Below, one piece after another: positions 15,759-28,202 of a stretch of 64,000 nt of DNA. The stretch's first letter is position 1, and every line of letters begins with the position of its first letter. A model generated the notes under the pieces. That model saw nothing but the letters and a program-made list of their open reading frames with translations, was not told the DNA's origin and ran no database searches. Source of the DNA: Macrostomum lignano. Taxonomy: Eukaryota. A program made the position numbers and the translations under genes. Location of the stretch: positions 806,001 through 870,000 of the forward strand of contig NIVC01000070.1 of assembly GCA_002269645.1 (NCBI GenBank), read 5' to 3'.

Positions 15759-18700
15759 GCCATACAGACACTGATACAGACAGACAGACAGCCATACAGA
15801 CACTGATACAGGCAGACAGACAGACAGACAGCCATACAGACACTGATACAGGCAGACAGACAGACAGACAGCCATACAGACACTGATACAGGCAGACAGA
15901 CAGACAGACAGCCATACAGACACTGATACAGACAGACAGACAGACAGACAGACAGCCATACAGACACTGATACAGACAGACAGACAGACAGACAGCCATA
16001 CAGACACTGATACAGGCAGACAGACAGCCATACAGACACTGATACAGGCAGACAGACAGCCATACAGACACTGATACAGACAGACAGACAGACAGACAGC
16101 CATACAGACACTGATACAGGCAGACAGACAGACAGACAGCCATACAGACACTGATACAGGCAGACAGACAGACAGACAGCCATACAGACACTGATACAGA
16201 CAGACAGACAGACAGACAGCCATACAGACACTGATACAGACAGACAGCCATACAGACACTGATACAGGCAGACAGACAGACAGACAGCCATACAGACACT
16301 GATACAGACAGACAGACAGACAGACAGACAGCCATACAGACACTGATACAGACAGACAGACAGACAGACAGACAGCCATACAGACACTGATACAGGCAGA
16401 CAGACAGCCATACAGACACTGATACAGGCAGACAGACAGCCATACAGACACTGATACAGACAGACAGCCATACAGACACTGATACAGGCAGACAGACAGA
16501 CAGACAGCCATACAGACACTGATACAGACAGACAGACAGACAGACAGACAGCCATACAGACACTGATACAGGCAGACAGACAGACAGACAGCCATACAGA
16601 CACTGATACAGGCAGACAGACAGACAGACAGCCATACAGACACTGATACAGACAGACAGACAGACAGACAGCCATACAGACACTGATACAGGCAGACAGA
16701 CAGCCATACAGACACTGATACAGGCAGACAGACAGACAGACAGCCATACAGACACTGATACAGGCAGACAGACAGCCATACAGACATTGATACAGACAGA
16801 CAGAGCCATACAGACACTGATACAGGCAGACAGACAGCCATACAGACACTGATACAGGCAGACAGACAGCCATACAGACACTGATACAGACACTGATACA
16901 GACAGACAGCCATACAGACACTGATACAGACAGACAGACCTCTTCCGCCGGGCACATTGTCGGGCACGGCCACAGTCAGCCGCTCAATGTAGTTGCTATA
17001 CTGGCCGAGGCCGAAGTGCATCTCAGGCAGTGGTAGGCGGCCGTGAGCAGAGGACTGCGCCAGCTGGCAGGCGGTTTCGGCCCGATGGCCGCCGCTGCGC
17101 CGCTCGATGGACAGCTGGACACAGGGCCCGGGCGCCGGGAGGCCCTGCGGCAGGCGGCCGTAGGTGCAGGACTGCTGGCTGCGGCCCCAGCAGCGAGCGG
17201 AATTGAGGCTTTGAATGCGAAAGAAATTTCCAGGCTGACTGTGCACCTGAGTTGTGAGATAGCAATGTTACCTGTGCGTCATCTTACAGAGGCTGAACAT
17301 TGAAACGTTTGAAAATAATTTGGTTTAAACATTGTATATTCCGGTAGCATTAAAAAGGCAGCCGAAGATTTCCTTGCTTTGGAAGAAGGGAAGAAGAATC
17401 GGATTTCCCACGACAGAAGAAAGGGATCCTTGAACTTAAAAATGGATTTCGAATCTAGAGAAAGTGGTATTTCTAAAAATGGGATTCCCTAACTCTAAAA
17501 GGGGGAATTCCTAAACTTAAAAAATGAAACTTTCTAACTCGGAAAAGGGGATTCCCCAAATAGCAAAGGGGGATTCCCTAAGTTTAAAAAGGGGATTTCC
17601 CAACTAGCAAAGAGGGACTCCCTAACTTTAAAAAGGGATGCCCCAAATAGCAAAGGGGGATTCCCTAAGTTAAAAAGGGAATTCCCTAACTTTAAAAGGG
17701 GGATTTCCCAACTAGCAAAGAGGGATTCCCTAACTTTAAAAAGGAGATTCCCTAACTTCGACAAAGGGATTCCCTAACTTCGACAAAGGGATTCCCTAAC
17801 TTCGACAAAGGGATTCCCTAACTTCGACAAAGGGATTCCCTAACTTCGACAAAGGGATTCCCTAACTTCGACAAAGGGATTCCCTAACTTCGACAAAGGG
17901 ATTCCCTAACTTCGACAAAGGGATTCCCTAACTTCGACAAAGGGATTCCCTAACTTCGACAAAGGGATTCCCTAACTTCGACAAAGGGATTCCCTAACTT
18001 CGACAAAGGGATTCCCTAACTTCGACAAAGGGATTCCCTAACTTCGACAAAGGGATTCCCAAACTAGCAAGGAGGGATTCCCTAACTTCAAAAAGAAGTA
18101 AATATCTCAGAAAAGCAGACTTAAGATTTAAACAAAATCTCGGAAACGGTCAACTGACTTTGAAAGGGGATACGAAATCATGAATGAAGAATGAGAATTT
18201 CAGACAAAGGTCCGCCTATCAAAGACAATCTGAGCGCACCTGAGAGTAGGTCCGACTAACAGCGGCACCGGTGGGGTGCCGGCACAGGGTGAGCAGGTCT
18301 GGCGAGCCGTCCAAATCCAGCTCAGCTGGAGCCACAGCCGCCAGAGCCCATTGGCCGCCCTCGCTAATGTGAGCTTGGCAGGCGGCCAATAGAGGCAGCT
18401 CCTCGGCCCGAAACCGGAAGCTGCTAGCGCTGGCGCCAGAAGCGCAATCAACCGCCGTAGGCGTCGAATCGTCGTCCGACACGGAGCGAAGCAGGCCGGG
18501 AACGAGGGCGCCGTCCGACAAGCGACGCAACAGACAGACCAGATCCTGACGCCCGTCAAGATCGAAGTCGGCTGCTCGTAAACGGAGCAGCAGTTGACTG
18601 CTCGATGGCAGCTCCGGATGAAGAGCGAAGCTGAATGAGGATTACGAGGTATACTATTGCAGGAATGCTTTTGAAATATGAGCAATTATAAGTAACAGAA

Positions 18701-21399
18701 AAAAGAAAATGTTCGATTTAGACTACTTACAGACAAGTATCAGTAGGCAAGCAGCGCATTTTACCAATGATTTTTAAGAGAATGAACTGATTCTTTATAC
18801 TACTGACCAACTTGCAAGTAGCCAAGTAAAGAGTTTAGATATCTTTATTAAATAAAAACAGTCAATATTAACTAAAGCAGTTATAAATCAACTCGCCAAC
18901 CTGGACCCAAGACCGTCGACACCGACGCGACACCAGGCGGCGGCGCCGCTGCTGTAGATCCACACAGCCGAACTGTTGCTACTACAACGCCACGCAGCAG
19001 TTTTAAGTCGAGTCTTTAAGCCGACAACACTGTCGCTAGTAAATTCCTGCAGACAGACTGGCAGCGCCAGGTCGACGCCGGCGTCGGAATCTGCCGACAT
19101 TGGCTCCGGCGGACCAACGGCAACATTGAACTTACTCCCATTGCTGCTGTTTGTATGGTTATCGCTGTGCTTCAGCTCTTTAGCCAGTAGAAATTTGGGC
19201 AGCAGAGCAAATGCTGACAAGCCGGTTTGTCGTTTAAAGCCGCCTGACTCTGCCGAAGCCGACAGCAGCACGAATTTCTCCTCAGCCGGTCCGACAACTA
19301 CGCGAAGCAGCATGTCGGAGCGCAGATCGGCGTTGAGGTCGACAAACAAGTTGGCGTTCGGGGCGGCTTGCGGAGACAGGCCGGGAAACGCGTCAGTGTA
19401 ATTGGTGAAGCTGGGACAGCGTAGATGAGGGGCAGGATATGAAATATAGATAAATAACCTTCAATTATAACTGCAATCAACGATGAAATTAAGGGACAAA
19501 AGAGACAGACACTGAGACTGGCAACAGACAGACACAGATAGACAGACACTGAGACTGGCAACATACAGACACAGATAAACAGACACTGAGACTGGCAACA
19601 GACAGACACAGATAGACAGACACTGAGACTGGCAACAGACAGACACAGATAGACAGACACTGAGACTGGCAACAGACAGACACAGATAGACAGACACTGA
19701 GACTGGCAACAGACAGACACAGATAGACAGACACAGATTGGCAACAGACAGACACAGATAAACAGACACTGAGACTGGCAACAGACAGACACAATTAGAC
19801 AGACACTGAGACTGGCAACAGACAGACACAGATAGACAGACACTGAGACTGGCAACAGACAGACACAGATAGACAGACACTGAGACTGAAAGGCAGACAC
19901 TGACACAGACAGACAATGAGACAGACAGGCAGACACTGAGACAGGTAGACAGACCGCTACGTAGGCAAGGAGACACAGACAGACAGTCTTACGCACAGGC
20001 AGGCACAGAGGACAGAAAGAACGGCAGCAATAAAAAGCAGCCCCTCCAGTCGCTCACCTGAACTGTTTGTGCCTGCCACAAAACACCACAGGCTTGCCGG
20101 GCGCCACTTCAACAAGAAAGTCGGTCACCAAATCAGCATTGTAGTCGAACAGCGTGGGCTGATCAACGGCCTCCGTTACCATGGCAACCTGGCCAACAGA
20201 CTGGCGATCTGTCTGGCCATAGGCTATCCATAATCTCAGCCGATCAGTAGAGTTGTCCCTCACCGATATCAACAAATCTGGCAGGGCGTCACCGTTAAAG
20301 TCTGCCACCGAGGTGGCTTCAATCACGGCTTGCCCACCGCCTGGCAGGAGAAGATCGGTTGATCTCAACAGAGTGTGGCTTGACGCTATCGAGGGCACCA
20401 TGACGGAGGCTTCCTGCGGAATGCAGTGTCGAATGTGCGGCCGCACATGATTCGGATTTAAGCCTTTTCCCAGAGTCGCTATCTATTGGTGCGTTTGTCT
20501 GCTGCTTTTTGGTCTCTACCTGCCCTTCTGGTCTTCCTCCCTGCCCTTCTGGTCTCTACCTGCCCTTCTGGTCTTCCTCCCTGCCCTTCTGGTCTCTCCC
20601 TGCCCTTCTGGTCTCTCCCTGTCCCTCTGGTCTCTCCCTGCCCTTCTGGTCTCTCCCCTGTCCCTCTGGTCTCTCCCCTATCCCTCTGGTCTCTCCCCTG
20701 TCCCTCTGGTCTCTCCCCTATCCCTCTGGTCTCTCCCCCTGTCCCTCTGGTCTCTCCCTGTCCCTCTGGTCTCTCCCTGTCCCTCTGGTCTCTCCCTGTC
20801 CCTCTGGTCTCTCCCTGTCCCTCTGGTCTCTCCCTGTCCCTCTGGTCTCTCCCTGTCCCTCTGGTCTCTCCCCCTGTTTCTCTGGTCTCTCCCTGTCCCT
20901 CTGGTCTCTCCCTGTCCCTCTGGTCTCTCCCCCTGTCCCTCTGGTCTCTCCCTGTCCCTCTGGTCTCTCCCCTGTCCCTCTGGTCTCCCCTGTCCCTCTG
21001 GTCTCTCCCTGTCCCTCTAGTCTCTCCCTGTCCCTCTGGTCTCTCCCCCTGTCTCTGGTCCCTCCCTCTTTCTATGCTCCCTGCTATGCCTTCTGGCCCT
21101 ACTTCTTTACAGCACACCTTGAGTTGAATTACCTGCTCCCACAGATGCAGCCGTATCAACTGTTCATTAGATTGCTTATTCCGCTCGCTGTTACTAGCAG
21201 CTTCCAGCGCTATAAAATCAATCCAGCCATCCGCATCGAAATCAACGTAAGCAAGAATTTCTCCATTAATCTGAGCATTGCGATAGAAGCTAAGCTTGGT
21301 TAGCTCCTCACTTGAGCAGACTAATAGTTGAGACGAGGCTGTCAATAGCATAATCAGTTGTAGCCATTGCAATAAGGGCAGATTACGAGGTGGTGGCAT
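15063..21399 (-). CDS. ITFG1: T-cell immunomodulatory protein / LINKIN (FG-GAP repeat type I membrane protein), 6 exons (21399-21133, 20482-20058, 19410-18901, 18630-18240, 17246-16940, 15349-15063), 728 aa
   Basis: Signal peptide; repeated DFDADGWID / DFNGDALPD / DYNADLVTD / DLNADLRSD / DFDLDGRQD motifs; QLAQSSAH...[12 protein letters not shown]; [10 protein letters not shown]...W; TM helix; C-terminus RRDKAER...FMFDPH. Spliced length 2187 nt is in frame. Confidence 0.88.
15465..16938. repeat. Compound GACA-based minisatellite (GCCATACAGACACTGATACAG + GACA runs) filling ITFG1 intron 5
   Basis: Array begins at the GT donor itself. Confidence 0.95.
17535..18090. repeat. 22-bp minisatellite (GGGATTCCCTAACTTCGACAAA) in ITFG1 intron 4
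   Basis: Perfect core ~17745-18060 with degenerate flanks. Confidence 0.92.
19500..19985. repeat. 37-bp minisatellite in ITFG1 intron 2
   Basis: Unit CACTGAGACTGGCAACAGACAGACACAGATAGACAGA. Confidence 0.9.
20503..21062. repeat. ~19-21-bp pyrimidine-rich minisatellite (CCCTGTCCCTCTGGTCTCT) in ITFG1 intron 1
   Basis: Direct inspection. Confidence 0.9.
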
Positions 21400-22018
21400 G
21401 GCATTTATAAGGCTCAGAGCTGCTCAAAATATTTACATGCAGTGTATTTAAAGGGTTATCTAAGTGTATAAAGTGTATAAGAATTCATCTAGTACCAACA
21501 CACAGTTAAATATGTATCATGCAAATGCTCTTATACCATCCAGTGCTACAGTGAGGTGATTTTGAATCACAGTGGTCTAAGCCTATCTAACTACAAGGTA
21601 ATTTATTAGTGTAAAGCTTAATATACTAATAGGTTCCACAACAAAAACAATATTATTAAGCCATGCATATATTCATATAGATATACAATAGCTCTAATTT
21701 ATTTATCATTTAAGCATATATATTTCATTGTCACTATGCCTTAAGAGTTAACCCTTATGACTTAAGGGTATTAATTGCATAAGTAGACCTAAGCTTAAAT
21801 AATTCTACTAAGGCCTAAATTAATATAACTACATTTGAAATCATGCATTAGCAAAGGCTACTGACATATCAGTGTCATGCTAGACCACAAGGCTAGGCCT
21901 ATGGCCTTCCTATAGTTTATATGTGCCTAATGACTAAGTATTAAAAAATGTAATATAGTTTTTAGCCAAAAAATGTGACTTACATTAAAAAAACCCAAAA
22001 GAAAAATTAACGTAACTT

Positions 22019-22084
22019 TGGATAAATGGCAAGAGTAACTATGACTATCTTATTAAGGCAAAATGCTTCATTATCAACTTAGTA
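22019..22084 (+). other. Degenerate fragment resembling 28S rRNA helix 69-71 (R2/I-PpoI target region); 26-nt identical copy at 2823-2848
   Basis: GGATAAATGGCAAGAGTAACTATGACTATCTTATTAAGGCAAAATGCTTCATTATCAACTTAGT compared with recalled conserved 28S GGGTAAACGGCGGGAGTAACTATGACTCTCTTAAGGTAGCCAAATGCCTCGTCATCTAATTAGT. Not a functional rRNA gene. Confidence 0.55.
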
Positions 22085-22449
22085 CTACTTGGGTATTTAC
22101 TCGGGTGGGCATTTATGCGACTTAACTTGGTTGGCCACCAAATCAGTTAGCCAGATCAGCCAACTTAGCCAACTGTTGTGTATGTATGTGCTATATATGC
22201 ATATATATACTTATTATATATAAGAAGTCACTCTAAAAGTTTTTGCATTTAACCAATTCCCTGCAAAATGACTTGTCTTGAAACTTGTCTTGTCTTGACT
22301 TGAAATGACTTGTCACCAAAATGACTAGTACATAGCTGACTAGGTCTGATGCCAAAAAAATTATAAGACCTCTGTTTGTATGCTGGAACTAAACAATGTC
22401 ATTGACACAATGTTTTTACAATGTCATGTATGTTAGAATATATTATTAA

Positions 22450-23330
22450 CAGTGTTGGGCACCGTTAATAAAAATCTTAACTTCCATTAATAGCAAAAGT
22501 GTTAGCATTAAAACAAAAAAATCTTAACTTTTTAACTCCTAATTTCGTTAAGTTAACTGAAAGTTAATTGATAATTGTTAATAAGCGTTAATCCATTAAA
22601 TTTAACACAGAAAATATGGAAATCTTGCACGTTTTTTCCAAAACAGACTTTCTATTGCACATCTTTGCTATTCCATCTTTTTAGCGAAACACAGAGGTCA
22701 TCTAAGCAATTTGAAAGCTAAAAAAGTAATAAATAATCATTTTAAAAACTTGCATGCATAATACTACTAAAAGTAAAGCATATGGTAAAAAAGTAACTTA
22801 TTTTATTTGAAACTTAAAAGCTAATAGCAAGAAATTCATAATTAAATACGCATAGGAAGGTTGTTTCAGTACCATTAGCAGGCGCAGCAGAAAGTTGCAA
22901 AAGATTGGGACAGAAATGAATCAAAGTGATTGATGCTCATGCGCGAGAAATAAAGTTTCACTATTTTAAATCATTTTATTTAGTTTATTTGTAAGAAGTT
23001 GTTAATTACATGTACGTCTGTATGATCATCGTCATAAATAAAGAAATTATATTTAGGCATATATATAGGTAAGCTCAAATATGTTCATAATGTTTAAACT
23101 TCTTGTAAGACTTCTATTTTTTGTTCCTTCTTTGCGTCTTTGGTCATTGACATAGACACTACCATTAACGATGAATTTATTGTTAATTCACAAAATTTTT
23201 AACGCAAATTCGTTAATCCATTAGTTCAAAAAATCTTAACGGCAGTCCGTTAACATTAATGAAAAATCTTAATGCTTATTAACGCTTATTAACAGATTAA
23301 TGCTTATTAACGGACTAGTGCCCAACACTG
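22450..23330. mobile_element. hAT-type MITE, 881 bp
   Basis: TIR CAGTGTTGGGCAC at both ends; 8-bp TSD ATTATTAA/ATTATTAG; AT-rich interior with repeated GTTAAT/ATTAAC subterminal motifs. Confidence 0.85.
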
Positions 23331-24433
23331 ATTATTAGTATATATTAAAATGGTGAATACCCTTGTTATATACTAAGAAATTTTAGTATACATGTTATTT
23401 TCTAAACTATGGCTTAGTGCCAACAAAAAACCTAGGTTTCTTATCTTTTTTATGTTTGTTTTGATATAATATACTTTAAATATAGTGCAACTTGTAAATT
23501 ACATTGTGCTGCATTCTATGCTTTTTTTACTATTGAATATATGCTCTAATATATTGACATGAAAAGGCTTCTATATGCCAGAATTTTATTGGGCAAAAAG
23601 ACATAATCCTGATCTTGTCCTAAGTAAAAAAGGCCTAAAAAATAAAAACTTATAATTACAAGTTTTTTTGTTTTCAAATAATTGATTTTTAATAGGCCTA
23701 TATAGCCTATAGAAAACAAAGCTTGATAAGATGACTTATTAAAATTAAAAATATTTTTCATGATTGCTAGGCCCTATTACTAAAAATAATATTATAGTCC
23801 AAATCATGCTAGGTGCACGTCTGAACAAAAATTTAAAATTTATAAATGACACAACGAAAAAATTGAATACCTATCATGTAACTATAAGATAGTTAAAATT
23901 AAAATTGTCTTTTTATAGGATTTAAATAACAAGTTAGGCCTAGGCCTATCATATTTCTTTGAAATTTTGTGACAAATAAAATTAAACCTATAAAACTTGA
24001 AAGTTACATCTTACTTGAAATATAGGCCCTATATTTTATTTTATATATGATTATGACTTGCAAATCTCTCATTATTAATAATAAGCTTTAAAATAAAAAA
24101 TACAATATATACTAATAATTAGAGGTTGGACATGATTGAAATCTTTGGGTGGGATCAGGATTGGGAATAATTTTTTTCTTGCGATTGGGATTATATTGGG
24201 CATGCATAGTTGGTGTGCTGTGTGTGCAGTGCATGACTCCTAAGAAAATAATATGTATATACACCTAGCATGCACTTTATAGAATTATGTGGAAAAGTGA
24301 TTCGTGATTGTAAAGTAGAAAAAAAGAAAAAAAGTTTATGTTTAAGCATTAATTTTAAGCCTTTTGGTTTATGAACTTGTAACAAAGCATTTTAACAAAT
24401 CTTTGTGTATTAATTTTTTGCTATAAATAGTAT

Positions 24434-24674
24434 GGTGTAGGACCAAGACTGCCACACACCAAGAGCGCCACACTTGGTGGGGAGCTTAGGGAGAATTTGA
24501 ATTTATGTGTTATTAGATGGTGCTAGAGAGGAGATGAGTGGGTAGGAGAGCCAGCAGCGAGAAAAGAACCTATGAGAGGAATAGCAATGCTAGAAGATTG
24601 GTAGCTCCCCCTCAATACCAGTAGCCAGTAATAGCTGTGGTGGTCTTGGTGTATGGCAGTCTTGGTCATGCGCC
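24434..24674. mobile_element. MITE, 241 bp, GG-terminal TIRs and 8-bp TSD (Merlin- or hAT-type)
   Basis: TIR GGTGTAGGACCAAGACTGCCACACACCAAGA vs reverse-complement GGCGCATGACCAAGACTGCCATACACCAAGA; perfect TSD AATAGTAT. Confidence 0.85.
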
Positions 24675-25312
24675 AATAGTATTGCCAAAAGGCATACAAA
24701 TCAACCAAATTATCTACCAAAAAAGGTCTATTACGCAATTTAAAAAGGTCATTTAATGTTGCAACACTGGAATATTTTTGAGAATGGGTACATTACAGTT
24801 ATAGGCCTAGTCAGTGTATCAGTGTATGACAGTTTCTATAATTAGATGGTTTGTTATTTATCTATTATTTTTTTGTAAAATGAATGCTCAGGCTTTCAAC
24901 CTAAGTAAAAACAACTGGACTTGTTGTTAGGCTCCTAGACTGTACATTTTAATTAAGCCCTAGGCCTAGGCCTAATACAATTATAAGCGGCAAGCGGGAG
25001 GAAGCGGAAGCGGGTACGAGACCTAGCTTTCAGCAGCAAAGTACCAGTTGCCAGTTTCGGCGAAATATTGTAATGTTTCAGAAAATTTATTTTAAAGACA
25101 AAAGACCTATTTTTTGATTGTAAAGACAAAAGGCTATATTACTTTATTGTTCCCAAACACATGATAAGAATTTCTACTACGCGGTATGAATTAAAACTAC
25201 TTCGTTAAAATCTTATTTTTCCGGTTTTTTAAAACGCAGTATTTTTTGTAACGTAAAGGCTTGATACTCTATTCATTATAAAGAGCGAATTTGCCAATAA
25301 AATGGATGCCAA

Positions 25313-26140
25313 TGTGACGTTGTCAGTTTAAGGTGGTCCCGAAAAGGGCCGTTGGACTGCTGTTCTCCATAGTCATTCAACCCTTCAGTTTCACCGTTTC
25401 AACTAAACTTTTCCATTCGTTTATTGCGACGTTTACTTGTAGTAGTGCCCAACGATTTTGTGGCAATTTATAATTCATTGTATATTTTGCTATCCTCTCT
25501 CGCAACCGTATAAAATTGGCACGATCGATAATTTTAAGTTCTCTCGCCAGCCAATGAAATCACTCGTGCTCGCGCTACCCCCTCTGCGCTCTTTTATTAA
25601 ACCCCCCGCCTGGCGGCGGGCACCCCTCACCCCTTTTTCGTCTCTCCCCGCTTGTTCCTTGTTTCCTTCCCTGCGGCCTCTTAGCTGTCTTATCTGTTTG
25701 TCTGGCTGCCTCGAGCCTCCTTTTTCTCACCACGGCCCTTCTGTCTGGGCCAGCCTGCTCACACACTTACTTGACTGTTTCACGCCACGACCGACGCCAA
25801 CTCACCACTACGTTTCACTGCCTTCACTGTTCTCATAGCCACTGCTCACGTCACGTCGCCATTGTGTCATTCGCCTGCCACTTGACTTCATATCCAAATT
25901 ATATTCAACCCATTGCTGCAGCCGCCAGTGCCCAGAAAGCTATAGTCTGTTTATTGCCAGTAACAACCAAACTTAATACTGATATTAACAATAAAGACAA
26001 CTACGGCAGTTCCTGCCTTTATCGCCAAGTGCTCCGCTACAAAAATCCGCTTTACAAGAATTGACTTCAACTTATTTTGGGACTAAAACGGCCCTTTTAA
26101 GGGTCACCGCATAGCTGGCCGCTACGCCAATAACGTGACA
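25313..26140. mobile_element. Solo LTR (Gypsy-like), 828 bp
   Basis: TG...CA ends with short inverted termini TGTGACGTT / AACGTGACA; perfect 4-bp TSD CCAA; no internal retroelement genes. Confidence 0.65.
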
Positions 26141-27282
26141 CCAAAGTCTTTTAATGTAAAAATTCGTATAAAAATATAGACTCCATCAACTTTATTTTAT
26201 TGTACACAACATTTTTGCATTTCAGTACAATTTTCATTCGGAATTGAAATTATCATGGTGGATGATGACAAAAATGGCTCCTCAGTTAGTGTGAGTTATA
26301 GTGGTTGCTAATTAAGATGACGAACTGACCTGAATCGAGAGCCGAGGTGATGAATTGATAATCTTCTCACAATTGGTCGACCTACGACAATAATAAACTA
26401 CTCAGATTTGTTAATTTTGTACTTTTAATCAATCACTCTTCATCTATCGCACTACTGTTCTCAAAATTAGTTACAGTACGTATTTATAATTTATTGTTAT
26501 TGAAAATATGAGTGCTATGCTGAAGTTGCGAGTACATAAACATTTTACCACGTTTCACTGGTTGTACTTAATTGAGTACATGCAGTACACAATATGTATT
26601 CAGCATGGTGAAATCCCCGCGGCCTTGTACAATTACACATTTTAACTAATGAAAAATCAGATTCTGCTTTGCTTTCAAAAAGCATGCAATTCACATGAAT
26701 AATAGCTAATGCGAAATACAAAACCAATAAAGTGACTTACTCATCGATTCCTATAATGTCTCACATTTCCAAGTCCTACATTTTAACGCTCACCTGCACC
26801 GAGATGAAGATTCATTTTAAATTTAAACGCCACCTATAACAAATTACAAAGAAATGAACCCCCTGTCCAACAGTCATCTTCATCTCCCACATTCACATTG
26901 ACAATGGATTTTACAAACAATCGTGAAGTATTTTGTATAGAAAGAAACTCGATCTGGCTATGCATGCCTGCAGGAAGTACATGTAGCTATACCGATCATA
27001 GCTCGTACAGCTCGTAATGACATTTAATTAGTCTTGCACGGATGTATCACAGTTTTGACAGTTCCACAAACTCTAAAGTTCATATTAAAATTAGAATTAC
27101 TCGAATAGAATTAGATTAGAAAATAGGGGCCCCCTCCCCTCAATTGCCTCCTCACAAAAGTAAAGGAAAAATGGCAAACAAGCTCGACGAATGAAACAAA
27201 CATATTTTTTGTCTCTATTAGACATGGCATCCACCAGCTTAAAGTAGGGGTTGGATCCTCCAAGACACCAGGGGCAACCCAC

Positions 27283-27775
27283 TAAGAGACAGCTGGGATG
27301 GCCCACCAAGAGACAGGGATGGCCCACCAAGAGACAGGGATGGCCCACCAAGAGACAGGGATGGCCCACCAAGAGACAGGGATGGCCCACCAAGAGACAG
27401 GGATGGCCCACCAAGAGACAGGGATGGCCCACCAAGAGACAGGGGCGCCCAACCAAGAGACAGAGGTCCCAACCAAGAGACAGGGGCACCCAACCAAGAG
27501 ACAGGGGCGCCCAACCAAGAGACAGGGGCGCCCAACCAAGAGACAGAGGTCCCAACCAAGAGACAGGGGCACCCAACCAAGAGACAGGGGCGCCCAACCA
27601 AGAGACAGGGGCGCCCAACCAAGAGACAGGGGCGCTCACAAGAGACAGGGGCGCCCAACCAAGAGACAGGGGCGCCCAACCAAGAGACAGGGGCGCCCAA
27701 CCAAGAGACAGGGGCGCTCACAAGAGACAGGGGCGCCCAACCAAGAGACAGGGGCGCCCAACCAAGAGACAGGGG
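27283..27775. repeat. 21-bp minisatellite (CCAACCAAGAGACAGGGGCGC and ATGGCCCACC variant)
   Basis: Direct inspection. Confidence 0.92.
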
Positions 27776-27830
27776 TGTGGCCACCAAGACACTAAATATT
27801 GGTACCCCAAAGGCTTGCCGCCTTCTCCAA

Positions 27831-28202
27831 TTAAAAATCCTGTGTATACAGCACTGTCGGCTGGGAGCAGTGCGACGCGGTGCGGATGATGTGTGGCCTG
27901 CCAGCGTAGACCAAGATAAAGTTCCCGTTGGTAATTTGCTCGTCGCCTATCTTAAAGCCGAGCGGGTCCAAAGCGTCGGCTTTCTGTTCCAGCGAGTCCG
28001 CTTTGACGTAATTGTACAGCCGGACGTTCTCAACCGCCATTTGAAACATTGCCGCCCTCAAGCCGTCAAATAGGGTCTTGCAAGCCAGAAGCGACGCCAA
28101 AGATCCTCGCAGACGTCCGGAACCACCCAGACCGCTGAGGTAATACTGTAGAGAATTAAACTGCTTTTTGACAGTATCATGGTTTTCTGCCCATTCGTAA
28201 TT
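27831..28202 (-). other. Orphan exon-like open frame (~123 codons), unidentified
   Basis: Stop-free from acceptor-like CCCTGTTAG: NYEWAENHDTVKKQFNSLQYYLSGLGGSGRLRGSLASLLACKTLFDGLRAAMFQMAVENVRLYNYVKADSLEQKADALDPLGFKIGDEQITNGNFILVYAGRPHIIRTASHC...; non-repetitive, exon-like GC; no family recognised. Confidence 0.35.

Noticed and set aside
22019-22084. Functional rRNA gene
   Set aside because: Only ~65 nt of degenerate similarity, with no flanking rDNA.
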